A stretch of 64,000 nucleotides of DNA from Octopus vulgaris. Its lineage: Eukaryota. Positions within the stretch are counted from its first letter, which is position 1, and each line of letters opens with the position of its first letter. The notes under the pieces were generated by a model. It did no database searches and was not told where the DNA came from. It saw only the letters and a program-made list of their open reading frames with translations. Made by a program: the position numbers and the translations under genes. Shown piece after piece: positions 1 to 12,928 of this stretch. Location: NCBI GenBank assembly GCA_951406725.2, contig OX597822.1:3658001-3722000 (forward strand), given 5' to 3'.

Positions 1-86
1 GCTTCTCTCCGAGGCACAAGCCTGCTTTGCCCCAGCCTGGCCACAGTCTAATGATTGAAACAAGTAAAATAAAAGACTAAAAGAAA
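1..86 (+). mobile_element. 3' tail of a SINE (family B, as at 47934-48405)
   Basis: CCAGCCTGGCCACAGTCTAATGATTGAAACAAGTAAAATAAAAG resembles the 3' end CCAGCATGGCCGCAGTCAAATGACTGAATCAAGTAAAAGAG of the copy at 48348-48390. Confidence 0.55.
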
Positions 87-224
87 AAGCTAATTATGTC
101 TGCTGGTCATTTCTAAATGTCAATATAGAGATCATCCGTTGATGGATCCCTTTGATAAAGGCAGATCTGGATATCCAATTTTACAATAGACTGACAAAGG
201 ACGACAAAGGCAATTTACAGCTTG

Positions 225-482
225 AGATATCAAATATAAAACAAATTAAATGTAAAACAGGGCTGTTCAATAAAATACAGCAATAAATTATAACGGTGAG
301 ATGTTTAATTAAAAAATATATAAACAGAGATTTAATATGAAACAACGATGTTATAAATATATAACAGGGATTTAAGTATAAAACGGGGTTATTAAATATA
401 AAACAGGGAGATTAAATGTAATATTAGACTATCAAATACAAAATAGAGATTTAGATACAGAACAGAATATCAAGTATATAAC
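225..482. repeat. Degenerate ~19-20 bp minisatellite (consensus near AAATATAAAACAGGGATT)
   Basis: Roughly a dozen diverged AAATATAAAACAG-like units in tandem. Confidence 0.6.
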
Positions 483-578
483 CACTCTGGATTCTATAAG
501 AGTAACAGATTTCCTACTCACTATTTTTCTTGTTGCTTGATTATGCCATTTTTCGTTATTTCTTTTATTCTCCTGCAG

Positions 579-606
579 AGCGAAATGTATCCCTGTAGGA
601 GTGTGA
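579..606 (+). CDS. Candidate short terminal exon (AKCIPVGV*) of an upstream gene
   Basis: Strong pyrimidine tract TTTTCGTTATTTCTTTTATTCTCCTGCAG ends at 578; TGA at 604-606; AATAAA motifs near 728 and 809. No homology recognised. Confidence 0.2.
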
Positions 607-2059
607 TTATTTAATTTGGTTCCAGTTATCTCTCCTACTATAGCATTTGGTATTGAAGAGCATGTTAGCTCACCGAATCAATTAAAATCAACACAATTTT
701 GATTAATGTGTAATAATAATGTCTTTAAATAAAAACAAAAGAAAGGAAGTTACAAACCATTTCTCTTTAATGAAAATTTAAGGGCTTAGTGTTCTGTTTA
801 CAGTAAACAATAAATATTATTATACAATAATTACGCTTACTGAGATCAAACCGCCTGGTTGCAAAAATTTCATTTCATCTTTGATTTTTGACGTCCATGG
901 TGAAGATCGTGTTACATGTTCCCTTAATTATAGGGTGTATGTGGGATTGTTCCTACTTTATATCTTCCAAAGCCTACACCAATACTTTCCAGTGGAAGGA
1001 TCTGTCTTTACCTACCTTTAAGCAAAAGGGGCAGAGAAGATGCGTTCAGGGTTACCAACTGTATTAGTTTGACGAAAATGGGCGACGCAAGTATAGGTTG
1101 ACTAAAGTGACTCAAGTACCAGTCTGGGGGTACAATTTTATACACCCTTGAGAAATGAAACAAAGCTGACTTCGAGAAGAGGTAAACTCAGAATATAATG
1201 CGATCGCATTATATGCACTATCAATCCTGTTGAACTATCGACTTTTTTTGCATATGTATAGTAATGATTGTCTACATTGGAGATAATATTGACTGCACTT
1301 TATGTAGTTAAGTGAAGCATCTTGCACAACGCACAGCTTTTAAATACAGGTGTATATATCAAAATGAATAACGTAGGGCGATCATAGTTTGTATTCTATC
1401 ACTAATGTGTAATCTACCACTACAATGAAAAGTATGTGTCATACTTTTCATTGTTGATCGCCTTCAGGCAGTTTGTATACTGTCGCCGAACTTAATAAAT
1501 TAGAAGGCAAAATTCTGCAAGTTGCAACCTATCGTCTTAAAAAAAGAAGGTCATATGGTATAATATCATAAATATACAAGAAAGAAGCGATAGACCCGAC
1601 TGTGACACCTTTGATCCTCCATAGACACAAACAGAAGCAACCACAAATAGAAATTCAAACGTAGCCGTAAATATGTACAAGATATTATTCGTTACTACTG
1701 TTGCCGATCGATGCTCTCTATACAGTTTTCTCACATAGGCACACGGGCACAAACGGGTACTGGGTGTGTTAGAGGCGATCAACATTACAACGTATATCTT
1801 GTTGCTTTGTTCATTTCGGAAAATGAAGTAAAGGTAACCTTTCTTGGATTTGAAACAAAGAACTTCGAAAATGTATTTCTAAATGGTATTCGCCTTTGCG
1901 TGATGGATTGGCCATATTTATATAATCTCGTAAGAAGCTGATGAATATTTTACACCAAAGTAGATGGAGAATGGAGGCAAAATATTCGCCGATGGTAATA
2001 CTACGTAGAATAGTACGCTGAAACAGTGCTATAACTTCTATGTTATGTACATAAATAGA

Positions 2060-2618
2060 ATGGTGGGTTAGAGCATTGATCCTGCTTCAAAAGGGACAAA
2101 CCATTAATGGAGAGTACTATGCCAACTTGCTTTCAATGGTTGCTGTGCGTGACTGTAGTTTTGAACTGGTTGATCACCCACCCTATTCTCCTGATGTAAC
2201 CTCATCTGTCTATCGTTTATTCCCCGACAAGAAAATCCACTTGGATAGGAACTAGAATTGCACTGATGATAACATCATATCGGCTATTGATAAGGTTATT
2301 TTTTTATATGAAAAGCATAAAAGCTTTTTCACTAATGGGCTCTAAACGATGCAAAACACTGATGGAAGAAGTACGTGGACTACAAGGGAATCCACGTACT
2401 TCTTCATAATCTCCTCTCTCTCTTCTTCTCCCTCTCTGCCTCCTCTCTCTCTCTATCTGTCTGTGTCTGTCTTTCTCTGTCTGTCTGTCTCTCTCTTTCT
2501 GCCTCTCTCTTTCTCTCTCTTCCCCTTCCGCTACCTTTATTGAAAAATAAACCCTATTTCAACACATTCCTTTGAGAGTATCTTGGACAGCTTATGATCT
2601 TTTCAGCCGACTTTCGTA
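2060..2618 (+). mobile_element. Mariner transposase 3' remnant
   Basis: Translates as ...FELVDHPPYSPDVTSSVYRLFP...SFFTNGL, the mariner YSPDLAP region, with stops. A CT microsatellite interrupts it and a TIR-like end lies near 2585-2618. Confidence 0.75.
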
Positions 2619-2687
2619 ATCGATATAACCACCCCATGAAATTGCTAGCCTTGTGCCAAAATCTGAAATCAATATTTCGTCTATCTT

Positions 2688-2850
2688 TATGTTCTGAGTT
2701 CAAATTTCGCCGGGGTTGATTTACCTTTCATCCTTTTTGGATCGAGTAAATAAGTACCAGTTAAACACTGGGATACGAAAATTGACTGGCAACCCCCTCC
2801 CAAATTCCAGGTCTTCTGCTTTTTATACAAGCTATTATATTCTATAATTA
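2688..2850 (+). mobile_element. SINE family A fragment (Meta-domain-like)
   Basis: GTTCTGAGTTCAAATTTCGCCGGGGTTGATTTACCTTTCATCCTTTTTGGATCGAGTAAATAAGTACCAG matches the family A body. Confidence 0.7.
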
Positions 2851-2859
2851 TATCACATA

Positions 2860-3380
<521 letters not shown>

Positions 3381-4364
3381 AGTATGCAGGGATTCCAGAT
3401 AAGCTTGATACGTAAACATAGAGTCACATAAATACATTATTTTTTGTTCTTCACTATAATAATTTTGATTATTTTAGATAATTGTATTATATTTTTATAA
3501 TATTGTTTACACTCTTATAAAACATTTTTTAAAAAGAAGATGTTATCAAGATAATTCTATCTCAAGTCTGTTTGAAAACTTTGTTACTTTAATGGAAATA
3601 AAATAGAAATGTAACTTCTAAGACACAAATATACGTTCATTCTTTCTATTATTTTGGACAATTAATTTACATCAAAATTTCTGTGAAATACGTGATGGCA
3701 AATTCAACGGGTGTTTACTTATCTTTCTTTGTATTTTACCTCTTCCATACTTTAAAGGTTTTTTTGTTCAAAGACTGAAGAAAATAACGGATTTGGTTTG
3801 TTTTCAATTTAACAAAACACATTCTTTTATTATATTTCATTTTGGCCAGAAACAAAGCTATGTTTTTTAACACACACACACACACACACACACCTATATA
3901 TATATGGAAATAGAACTATAGGTCATTTCAGGGTTGTCTCTCTTGCGCTACATGGTACTGATAATAGTCAAGAAGCTAAAAATGCATTTAACCCTCCGCC
4001 AGATGGCGTTTAGAAATCACTATCACCACCCCTCTGATTACGTCGTTAGACTGCAGCCATGGTGGGGCACAGCCTCGAAGTAGTAAACTCACCAAAGCAA
4101 GTTGTCATGCGGTGGTGCACACTCACATACACAGACACACACGCACGCACATACACATACACACATACACACACAGCACACATACATACACAGACACACA
4201 CGCACACACATACACATACACACATACACACACAGCACACATACATATATATATATGGCCATGATGCATACGTGCATATACATGTAGGTATACGTTCGTA
4301 TATGTAAATATTCGTATGTTGTATTTATATATATGTATGCATTTTATGTTCATCTTCTGTGTGT

Positions 4365-4422
4365 ATTCTACTGACGAGGCAAAGCATTCATAAATGCAAA
4401 GTCAGAAATCCGGATCTAGAAT
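4365..4422 (+). ncRNA. Type I hammerhead ribozyme motif in a short non-coding repeat (element ~4340-4570)
   Basis: Stem I ATTCTA/TAGAAT; core CTGACGA; stem II GGC-aaa-GCATT-cata-AATGC-aaa-GTC; extra A; GAAA; palindromic TCCGGA; TC cleavage site. Confidence 0.8.
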
Positions 4423-5267
4423 TATCCAGTAATTTTTTTACTAGTTTCATCTTGTCTCTTTGTTTTCTCTTCGTGTTGATATATGGACAATTAAGGTGGT
4501 TTTAGAGTCAGATCATGGCTGCTATTTTCAGCATGGTGGTATTTCGTAGATACCCTAATTCATAATTTTAATTTGTTTATATATATATGAAAAATTAGGG
4601 TATAAAAATATATACCAGTTATGCTAGAAAGAAGAGCCAACCTGCCAAAGCCACATATTTCTCATTATTTCCAACAACCAAATCTACTCGCGAGACTCTG
4701 GTCGGCTCGAGGTTATAAGAGAAGCCACTTTCCTAGTGCTCTGCTCTATGAGGCTGAACACGGAACTAGTTCTTGTGTATCAAACCTCTTACCACACCAC
4801 CTCTGTTGGTTTATTCTTAACCTTGCCTAAATGCGTGATTTTTTCCCAATGGCAAACGACAAGGAATATGGCCTTTCTATGGGTCAAATATGTCCCAAGC
4901 ATATTCGAATCGATTTAATATATAAATTCTAGTTAGATTAAAAACCGAAGGCGTTACAGAAGCGAAGGAATTTGGAAGATGAAATATATGACGTTGTTGT
5001 TATGTGCCAAGTCAAAGGAAATCTGAGTGAAGTGGAGTTGAATTTCCTTTTTAGGCCATATACAATAGTAGAACAAGGTTATCCGGTTGGCCGGTAACAA
5101 TCATCTTCAAATGTGACCGAAGTCCGTTCTATATATGTCTGTTTTCTGTTGAAATTTTTTACTACCAAAGCTACAACTATATATGCACTTGCAAGACGGC
5201 AATAAGTTAACCACTTGGATCTCATGTCCGGCGATGTACCAACCAATTCTTCTTTCACCTGTTATAT

Positions 5268-5480
5268 TTTTTCTACTCTAGGCACAAGGCCCGAAATTTT
5301 GGGCGAGGGGCAGTCGATAAGATCGACCCCAGTACGAAATTGGCTACTTAATTTATCGACCTTGAAAGGATAAAAGGCAAAGTCGACCTTGGCGGAATTT
5401 TAACTCAGAGCATATAGACAGACGGAATACAGCTAAGCATTTCGCCCGGCGTGCAAACGTTCCTGGAGGCTCGCCGCCTT
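5268..5480 (-). mobile_element. SINE family A (tRNA-like head, Meta-domain-like body)
   Basis: Reverse complement starts AAGGCGGCGAGCCTCCAG and contains GTCGACTTTGCCTTTTATCCTTTCAAGGTCGATAAATTAAG. Confidence 0.85.
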
Positions 5481-5779
5481 CTTTGATCTGTTATATTATG
5501 CCACATATCTCGATTTTCATGATCATTATTAATTTCTTTTGATATTTTTTAATTGATACAAAAATACGTTTGTATATATGTGTCTGCGTTAGTAAGAGTT
5601 TCGTTGAAACCTGTCCTGAAAACACGACTATATTCTATTTTATAGTATAATAATTCTACCGGATGTGTGTATCATACTCTTCAGTTGGCTTGGTATTGTA
5701 ATTTCATAAATTCATCTGCATCGATGTTTGCAAGTTATCATGACACCAGCTTCACGATATAGAAGGGTCATGATTATTC

Positions 5780-5820
5780 AGAGTACGTATGTATTATGTA
5801 TGTATCTAGGTATATATGGG

Positions 5821-5897
<77 letters not shown>

Positions 5898-5996
5898 GTA
5901 TGTATGGATGTATGTATGTATGAATGTATGTTTGTGTGTGTGTATATATATATATTAATAGTGTATATATACCTATATATACATGTAATGTATGTA

Positions 5997-6039
<43 letters not shown>

Positions 6040-6063
6040 ATATATATATATATATATATATAC

Positions 6064-6132
<69 letters not shown>

Positions 6133-6165
6133 TATATATGTATGTATGTATGTATGTATATGTAC
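5780..6165. repeat. Compound (TA)n/(TATG)n/(TCTA)n microsatellite
   Basis: Seen directly. Confidence 0.95.
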
Positions 6166-6679
6166 GGGAGAGAAATAATCAGGGGTTTATATATTTAGCT
6201 TTGACGGGAAGAAAAAATAAACTATTTTGGAGATTATAAACATTTAAAACGATACTCCAGCCGTTTGTTAATGTCTCTGAAAGAAATAATATAACATTAA
6301 GCAGAAAAGAATCCATTAAAACCTACATATATGTGTATTTAATTTACTTTTATTCTCTATTTCTCCATCTTTCTCTCACTATTTACATATACATTATATA
6401 TATATATATATATGTATATCACTTTCGTTTCATTTTATGTTTTTTTTAATACAGAATCATAAAAGTTAATTTTCTTAGACTGGTGAAATAAACAAATGCA
6501 GAATAGCAAATGTTATAAATTTACAACCGTGTTCGTAAGTGTCAAATGTTGGGTAGATGGAATTTAATACTGTTTTTCCGGTATGTGACTGATCATGTGA
6601 GCGATTCATTTACGAATTCTTGCGATGTAACCGAGTAGCTGAGTAGCTAATATACGTTTATGCTTTTAATATAATATGG

Positions 6680-7900
6680 AGGTGTACAAACGCTAGCAAG
6701 TCAATCTTGGTTCACGATAATTCGTACTGAGTGAAGAAAGAAGACAATCCGCTATTCGACGTATCTACTGCGAGCTTCGACGTGTCTGAGGTGGATGAAC
6801 CTGTCAGGCTATTTATCTTAGATACTCTAAAGAAGTGCACACATCCCTGTAACTCATCCCTGTACCTGTATAATGATCTTGCAATCTCAATCCATATGAG
6901 CGGTGATACCATTGACAATCCAGGAAAGATTTGATAAAGATTTTCAAAGAATGTGGCCTATATATAGCGGTCACAACCAATATGACAAATGACAACTTCC
7001 AGGACGAAGTCCTTGACCTGAAGATGGACAAGTACTACCTTTACAGGATTCCCAATAAGGGAACGGTATATATCCACAGATACTTCAACCCCACCAACAG
7101 ATATAATTAGAAAGCTAGGCAAAGTATAATTAGAATAATTTTTAAACTATCAGTGAATAGAGAGATCTTCAACAGGTTCACACCCGTTATATCAAGGTAT
7201 TAAGACAGGAGTAGATTTACTGAAAAGATAGTCTATATGCAGGTCACCACATCCTCAAACACGAAGAGAGTCAGAAAGAGAAAGAAAATCTAGTTCAATC
7301 CTAGCTGAGTATAAACGTTTGAAACAACACTGCTAGGGCCTTGTTAATGCAAATTTAGAAACTTTCCTTAGATACCGTGTTATAAACTTTTCAACCCCGA
7401 CAACGTCATAGTCAGTCACTCCGGTATAGACAACATCACCTTTACAATCGCACGCTACAATAGACATAAATACACTCCTACACATCTTTCAATACACACC
7501 TTAGCTGCAACTTCCGAAATCCTAACAACAGCTATCTGCGACGTCCCTGCCTTTCCTGGACTGTGGTCTATAGTGCCACCCTCTCATCCTACGGCGTTAC
7601 CACAAGATTCTACACGAACATAGCAGCCAACCAATGGGAAGAAAAGTATTCGCAGCACATGTACTCCTTTACATGCAAGAATTGGTAAGTTCCGCCTTCT
7701 TGTCCTATTTTATCTGAAGACACCATGATCATCAGACGGCTCCCCTAACATCGAAATGAGTATAGTTGAGAAAGACCCTCCGTACTCACCTGGAACTCGC
7801 AGTTGCTCCACCAATCTGAAAAATCCATCAACAGGTGGAATAAACTATCTTATTGTTGCTAACAAAGGTACGCCTATTTATGATCTTCAAGCACACTAAC
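6680..7900 (+). mobile_element. Degraded Penelope-like retroelement (RT plus C-terminal GIY-YIG remnant)
   Basis: KKEDNPLFDVSTASFDVSEVDEPVRLFIL...SLYLYNDLAI resembles the PLE RT FDVTMGSxDGAEVCELVGL...GLYRDDGL region. Later CNFRNP...PCLSWTVVYSATL...FYTNIAANQWEEKYSQHMYSF resembles the Cys linker and GIY-YIG domain. Many stops and frameshifts. Confidence 0.75.
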
Positions 7901-8425
7901 AGCCGATAATCAGATTTACCACCTTACGCCTGGCCGCTCCATACTTAAGTGTACGATACTTAAGCCCTACCGCTTGTATAGATTACAGCCTCGTCCATGC
8001 TGACAATCCAAACTTGCACCACCAAATTTTGATCCAGCGGGACCAAATTTGAATTTGCCTGTGTTAATTACTCCCTCGGTAAGTCTTTTGCTGTTAGTTA
8101 TAATGTTAGTACTCCGCACATCTCACCCACTTTGCCATAATATAGCAGAAATGAACGAGCTGATGTCACTAAAGATATCACTCCACAGCTTCCAGACATC
8201 GCAGAGATTGCTACTTATCTGTGTCCATCCACGTAGGCTTGAGCAAAACGAAAATAAAGGTATCAATAGCTATTTTTACTCGAAACTTTTGCATCTTTAT
8301 AAGGTGTTTGATAAAAATGCGTAGTGTGAGCCAGCTACGTCTGTAAAACTCAATATTTCATGGTATAAATTTTTTAACTATGTCTTTATTAATCTTACAT
8401 AAGTACATACATAAATACATACAAA

Positions 8426-8978
8426 CATGGTGGCTGCCCCCTCGTTATCGAGTATGGCCTTTGCACGAAGCTTAATCAATATTGTTATCATGCAATGCCT
8501 GTGCAAGAATACTTTTTTTAAAGTGAGGAAAGGCTGTGCACTGAGTCAATCCCACTCACTAAGCAACAGCAGCCATAATCTGAAAAGAAGCACAAGTTAA
8601 CATCATCGGTAACCACTGAGCCGCAGGTTTTATGTCGGAGTTATCCCAGTTACCTGAGTTACCTTCTAGAAGGATGCCCTAACAAAGGCTAGGAATCCTT
8701 CACTCCAAATGGTTTATCCGCGCGATCAGGTATTAAGTCCGATTATTTCTATCTCCCCGCGCATGATACATCCTTAAGATTTTTATTGGATGGCCGTTGA
8801 CTCTCAAGAGTTCCTCCGCCCTTTGACGGGTTTTGTTTTTCATCCCGCAGGGTGTCCAACAAACACCCCCCTCACCAAGCAAGCTTGGTGGGGTTGCCGG
8901 TTTAGTCGCCGACGACCCGACCACGCAACAGATTGTACTGGGTTACATGTTACCAGTAGCACTCGAAAGTGACCTGAC
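8426..8978 (-). mobile_element. Unclassified GC-richer interspersed repeat, possibly a LINE (RTE-like) 5' region, embedded in (TACA)n
   Basis: Sharp GC increase bounded on both sides by TACA repeats; no recognisable protein motif. Class and strand are inferred. Confidence 0.4.
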
Positions 8979-8979
8979 G

Positions 8980-9228
8980 TACATACATGCATACATACAT
9001 ACATACATGCATGGATACAAACATACATACATACATACATACATGCATACATACATACATACATACATACATACATACATACATACATACATACATACAT
9101 ACATGCATACATACATACATGCATACATACATACATACATACATACATACATGCATACATACATACATGCATACATACATACATACCTACATACATACAT
9201 ACATACATACATACATACATACATACAC
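8980..9228. repeat. (TACA)n microsatellite with periodic TGCA variants
   Basis: Seen directly. Confidence 0.95.
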
Positions 9229-9234
9229 ATTCAA

Positions 9235-9610
9235 ATATAAATATATCTTTGAAAATCAGAGAAAAATAGGATATCTATCGAAAACTGCTTCGAAACCTCC
9301 AGCTTCTATATCCAGACTATGAAATCACATTCATCCCAATAATTCTTGGAGCATTAGGTTTTCTTAGTAAATGCTTAAAGAAGAGTCCGGAAAATCTGGG
9401 ATTTTCAGAAAGAGAAAGTGACCGGCTAATTCGTGCATTAGAAATCCAATCTGTGAGTGGGTCAGTGAATATATGCAAGGCTTTTCTTAAGTTCCAAATT
9501 TGAATTTGTCTGTGTTAATTACATCCCAAAGATGGAGCGTTGTATCTTTGTTGGAAACCAGTTCCCACTTCAGTGGAAGATTTACAATAACTAAAAAATA
9601 GAAGAGACAT
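9235..9610 (+). mobile_element. 3' end of a restriction-like-endonuclease (RLE) LINE, R4/NeSL-type
   Basis: LLRNLQLLYPDYEITFIPIILGALGFLSKCLKKSPENLGFSERESDRLIRALEIQSVSGSVNICKAFLKFQI* contains the P-I-x-x-G-A-L-G motif typical of RLE C-termini. Confidence 0.7.
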
Positions 9611-9704
9611 ACATACATACACACAAATGTACATATATATATATATCTACACCCACTCACTCGCGAATAAATATACATCTAACATGCATTTATATCAAGG
9701 TCAT

Positions 9705-9846
9705 AGACGTAGGTTTGGTAGATGGAAACTGTAAGAAGCCAGTCGTGCATCTCTCTCTCTAACTATCCATCTAGCTATCTTTCTATCTATCAGTCTCTCT
9801 GTTTGTCTATCTATCTATCTTTCTATCTATCAATCAGTCTGTCTAT

Positions 9847-9880
<34 letters not shown>

Positions 9881-9886
9881 CCCCCC

Positions 9887-9919
<33 letters not shown>

Positions 9920-10117
9920 CGTATGTGTGTGCTTTTGTCCCAGTGTTTCCGCTTGTTGGTATGTTCACGTCTCCGTAACTTAGCGGTTAAGCAATAGATA
10001 CCAACAGAATAAATACCAGGCTTTAAGAAATTAAGTACTGAGGTTGATGCATCCGACTAAAAATTCTTCAAGATGGTGCTCCAGCATGGCCACAAGCAAA
10101 ATATCAAAGATAAAAGA
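9705..10117 (+). mobile_element. SINE family B, 5'-truncated, with internal microsatellite
   Basis: TTTGGTAGATGGAAACTGTAAGAAGCC...(TCTA)n...ACTTAGCGGTT...GGTGCTCCAGCATGGCCACA matches 47934-48405. Confidence 0.75.
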
Positions 10118-11006
10118 TCATACTGATATTCTGAGCGACTCTTTGAAACTTATATTATACCAAAATCGAGTACTTGTCGAAGAGTATAGTATTTCGAGCA
10201 TGCGCAATGATATCAATATCCTTAAGCATCATTATCATTATCCACTCTATTGAAGACTTGTTCTCTAATGAGTAGAGATTAAGAATTCGAGGATTAAGAT
10301 TCGATAATATCAAATTGTGTCAACTTAGATTCATCTTACGCTTTAATTAATGTTACAGCAACAATTATTTACTTTGGTGATCTTATTCCGTTGATGGAAT
10401 ATTGCTACTTTACTAATAATTTTATTGATTTTTTTTTTTCTTTAGATATATATTTGCTAATTAATCTTCTTTCTGTTTTTGCGGATTAATATCGTTTATA
10501 TTTACGATTCGAGGCAAAATTCACTTTGCAGTCTTCGATTGTAACACAGGTTTGTCATTAAGATACATATGTTAGCTTATTCTCTAATTTCAATTTAGGA
10601 GATTAACTTGTATTTTATCTCAACGTTTCTTTCACGATAGTCTTCGGATAGCTTTGGGCATTATTATCAAATGGTTGCGCTCTACTTTTTTCATACATAC
10701 ATACTTATATACATGCATAGTTATGTGTGTTTAGGTGCCTAATATATATCTTACAAGTTCGTGTTTTGCTTTTTATTATTTTGTCACTGGAATTAGACTC
10801 TAAGCACTCAGATTCGTAAAATGATTTGCGTATGTCTTTTAAATATCCATGGCATTTCTACTTAAACTTATATTTCTTCGGTTTCTTTTGAACGTCTAAT
10901 TGTGTTTTAATAATGAGTAAATGAGCACTTCTATTTTCTGCCATATGGCCAGCGACTTTGTGGGAAGCGAGAAGTAGATTATATCGACCTAATTAGTACT
11001 TATTTT

Positions 11007-11424
11007 GGATCTTTTAGGTTTGAACGGCAGTTTTTAACATAATTTCTAGGTAACTAAACAATTTTAAACTTCGTATACTGGTAGAATGTGTTTATAAAAC
11101 ATCTTTTTCTCTTGGCTATATTGAGAAAATTCTATTGTTTGTAACATATTTGTTGTTTTTTATTTTCTTCAATTTCTGCAATTTCAACCAATCAGTGACG
11201 TCTATTGAGTTGAAAAGCATTCTGTGCCGTATGAATATGTCCCTCATTTAAGAAACAGATTGGGTTTATTTACATTTGTGAAGAAGAAAAGATAACGTTC
11301 CCCCACCCCTAACCCAACCCTAAAATAGATTGAAATGCAATAGATCGATACTAGGGTAATAATTATGGGTGACAATTTTATATGACACTGCTAGAAAAAA
11401 CTGCCGTTCAAACCGAAAAGATCC
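11007..11424. mobile_element. MITE with ~29-bp TIRs and 8-bp TSD, inserted in an old SINE
   Basis: GGATCTTTTAGGTTTGAACGGCAGTTTTT ... AAAAACTGCCGTTCAAACCGAAAAGATCC; flanks CTTATTTT (10999-11006) and CTTATCTT (11425-11432). Confidence 0.9.
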
Positions 11425-12123
11425 CTTATCTTATCCATCCATAAAAGACGAATTATAAAGATAGCAGTTTGTCCGACGTGCTAAGGACTGCGCTAGCTCG
11501 CCGCCTTTGCGTGAAAGAATAATCCTTTATAATATAGGCACAACGCCTGAAATTTTAGAAGGAAGGTGTAGTCGATTGCATTACTCAAACACCTGACTGC
11601 CTTCTTATTTTATCAACTCTGAAAGGATGACTGTAAAGTTTACCTCGGTGGCATTTAAACACAGACCATAAAGCCGAGACGTACGACGCTATTGCATTTT
11701 TTCTGGTGTGATAACGTTTCTCCATGCTCACCTCCTTTGTGTGAATGAACAAAAAAGTGCAAACTACTTTTAGCTGCCTTGTAATTTGAACCTGACCTCA
11801 CAGAAATTGAACTTCTCCTCGAAGACATGAAATAGAGTTTAATAATAAGGAACGACAAAATATATAAAGCACAGTGAGAGGCAAAGGAAGAGTAGTGAGA
11901 GAAGGAAATAATACGGAAGATAAGAAGAGAGAGAAAAGGAGAAAGGGAAAAGCAGTATGAGAAATTTTTTTAAAAAGGTATAAGTGGATTAAAAGCACTA
12001 AGGAGATGGGGGGGGGGATGCAGGCTGATAAATACGGCGTTATTAGCACTGGAATGGTTTTGGTAGAAGAAAGGAAAAAGATAATAAAAGTGAGATAGAA
12101 GAACAAAATGTATTGTGTAATAG

Positions 12124-12167
<44 letters not shown>

Positions 12168-12743
12168 AGACAGACAGACAGAGAATATACCAAACAAACA
12201 CAGACAGAAATCACGAAGAGAGTAATAGCAACAGATTTCTCAGTGAGACGCTGAAATGAGGTGTACAAATGGAAAAGTTCGACATTCAGCATTGTAGCGG
12301 TAGCATAGAGGAGGCGATATCTACATAAATAAAGGAAAACACAGACATACAGATCCATGAACACAAAAGGGCCAAATTTCTTGTTCTCACTTATATGTGT
12401 GCATAGATGTGACTACTTAGAAAACTCTGCTTTATCGATTGCATGATACAGCCATAACCTTTACTGAAACACATGGAAAAGGATCTATGAGCCAAGCCAC
12501 AATATATGAAGAGTATTCGTGCGCGCGAGCGAACATGTATATGTATCTGTGTCCTTGTGTTTCTGCGTGGGCATATCTTTATATATACAGAATGTTGTGT
12601 TTTGGAATTTATATTTCAAAAAACGAATATATGCTACGTCTTCTATAATGATATTGTGATATAAATACGTAATTACGGTTCTGTGGAAGAATCATTCCAT
12701 CCGATGAAGAACTTTTAAAATATATCAGCATAAATATTACACG

Positions 12744-12771
12744 CATATATATATATATGTATATGTATATG

Positions 12772-12850
<79 letters not shown>

Positions 12851-12884
12851 GTATATATATGTGTATATATGTATGTATATACAC

Positions 12885-12928
<44 letters not shown>

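Noticed and set aside
225-482. Repeat units with variable intervening sequence, superficially CRISPR-like
   Set aside because: Units are contiguous and degenerate with no unique spacers or cas genes; the context is eukaryotic.
1537-1879. Minus-strand open frame of about 113 codons ending in a hydrophobic tail (includes ORF 1537-1785)
   Set aside because: No recognisable domain, weak acceptor (CATTTAG), and hydrophobicity is expected from T-rich sequence; cannot be supported without RNA data.
5655-5695. Minus-strand CTGAAGAG...ATCCGGTAG
   Set aside because: GAAA and stem II are missing; too degenerate to call.
8880-8978. Possible HDV-like ribozyme at the end of the GC-rich repeat (RTE 5' ends often have one)
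   Set aside because: I could not build the nested double pseudoknot by eye; an RNArobo or Infernal search would be needed.
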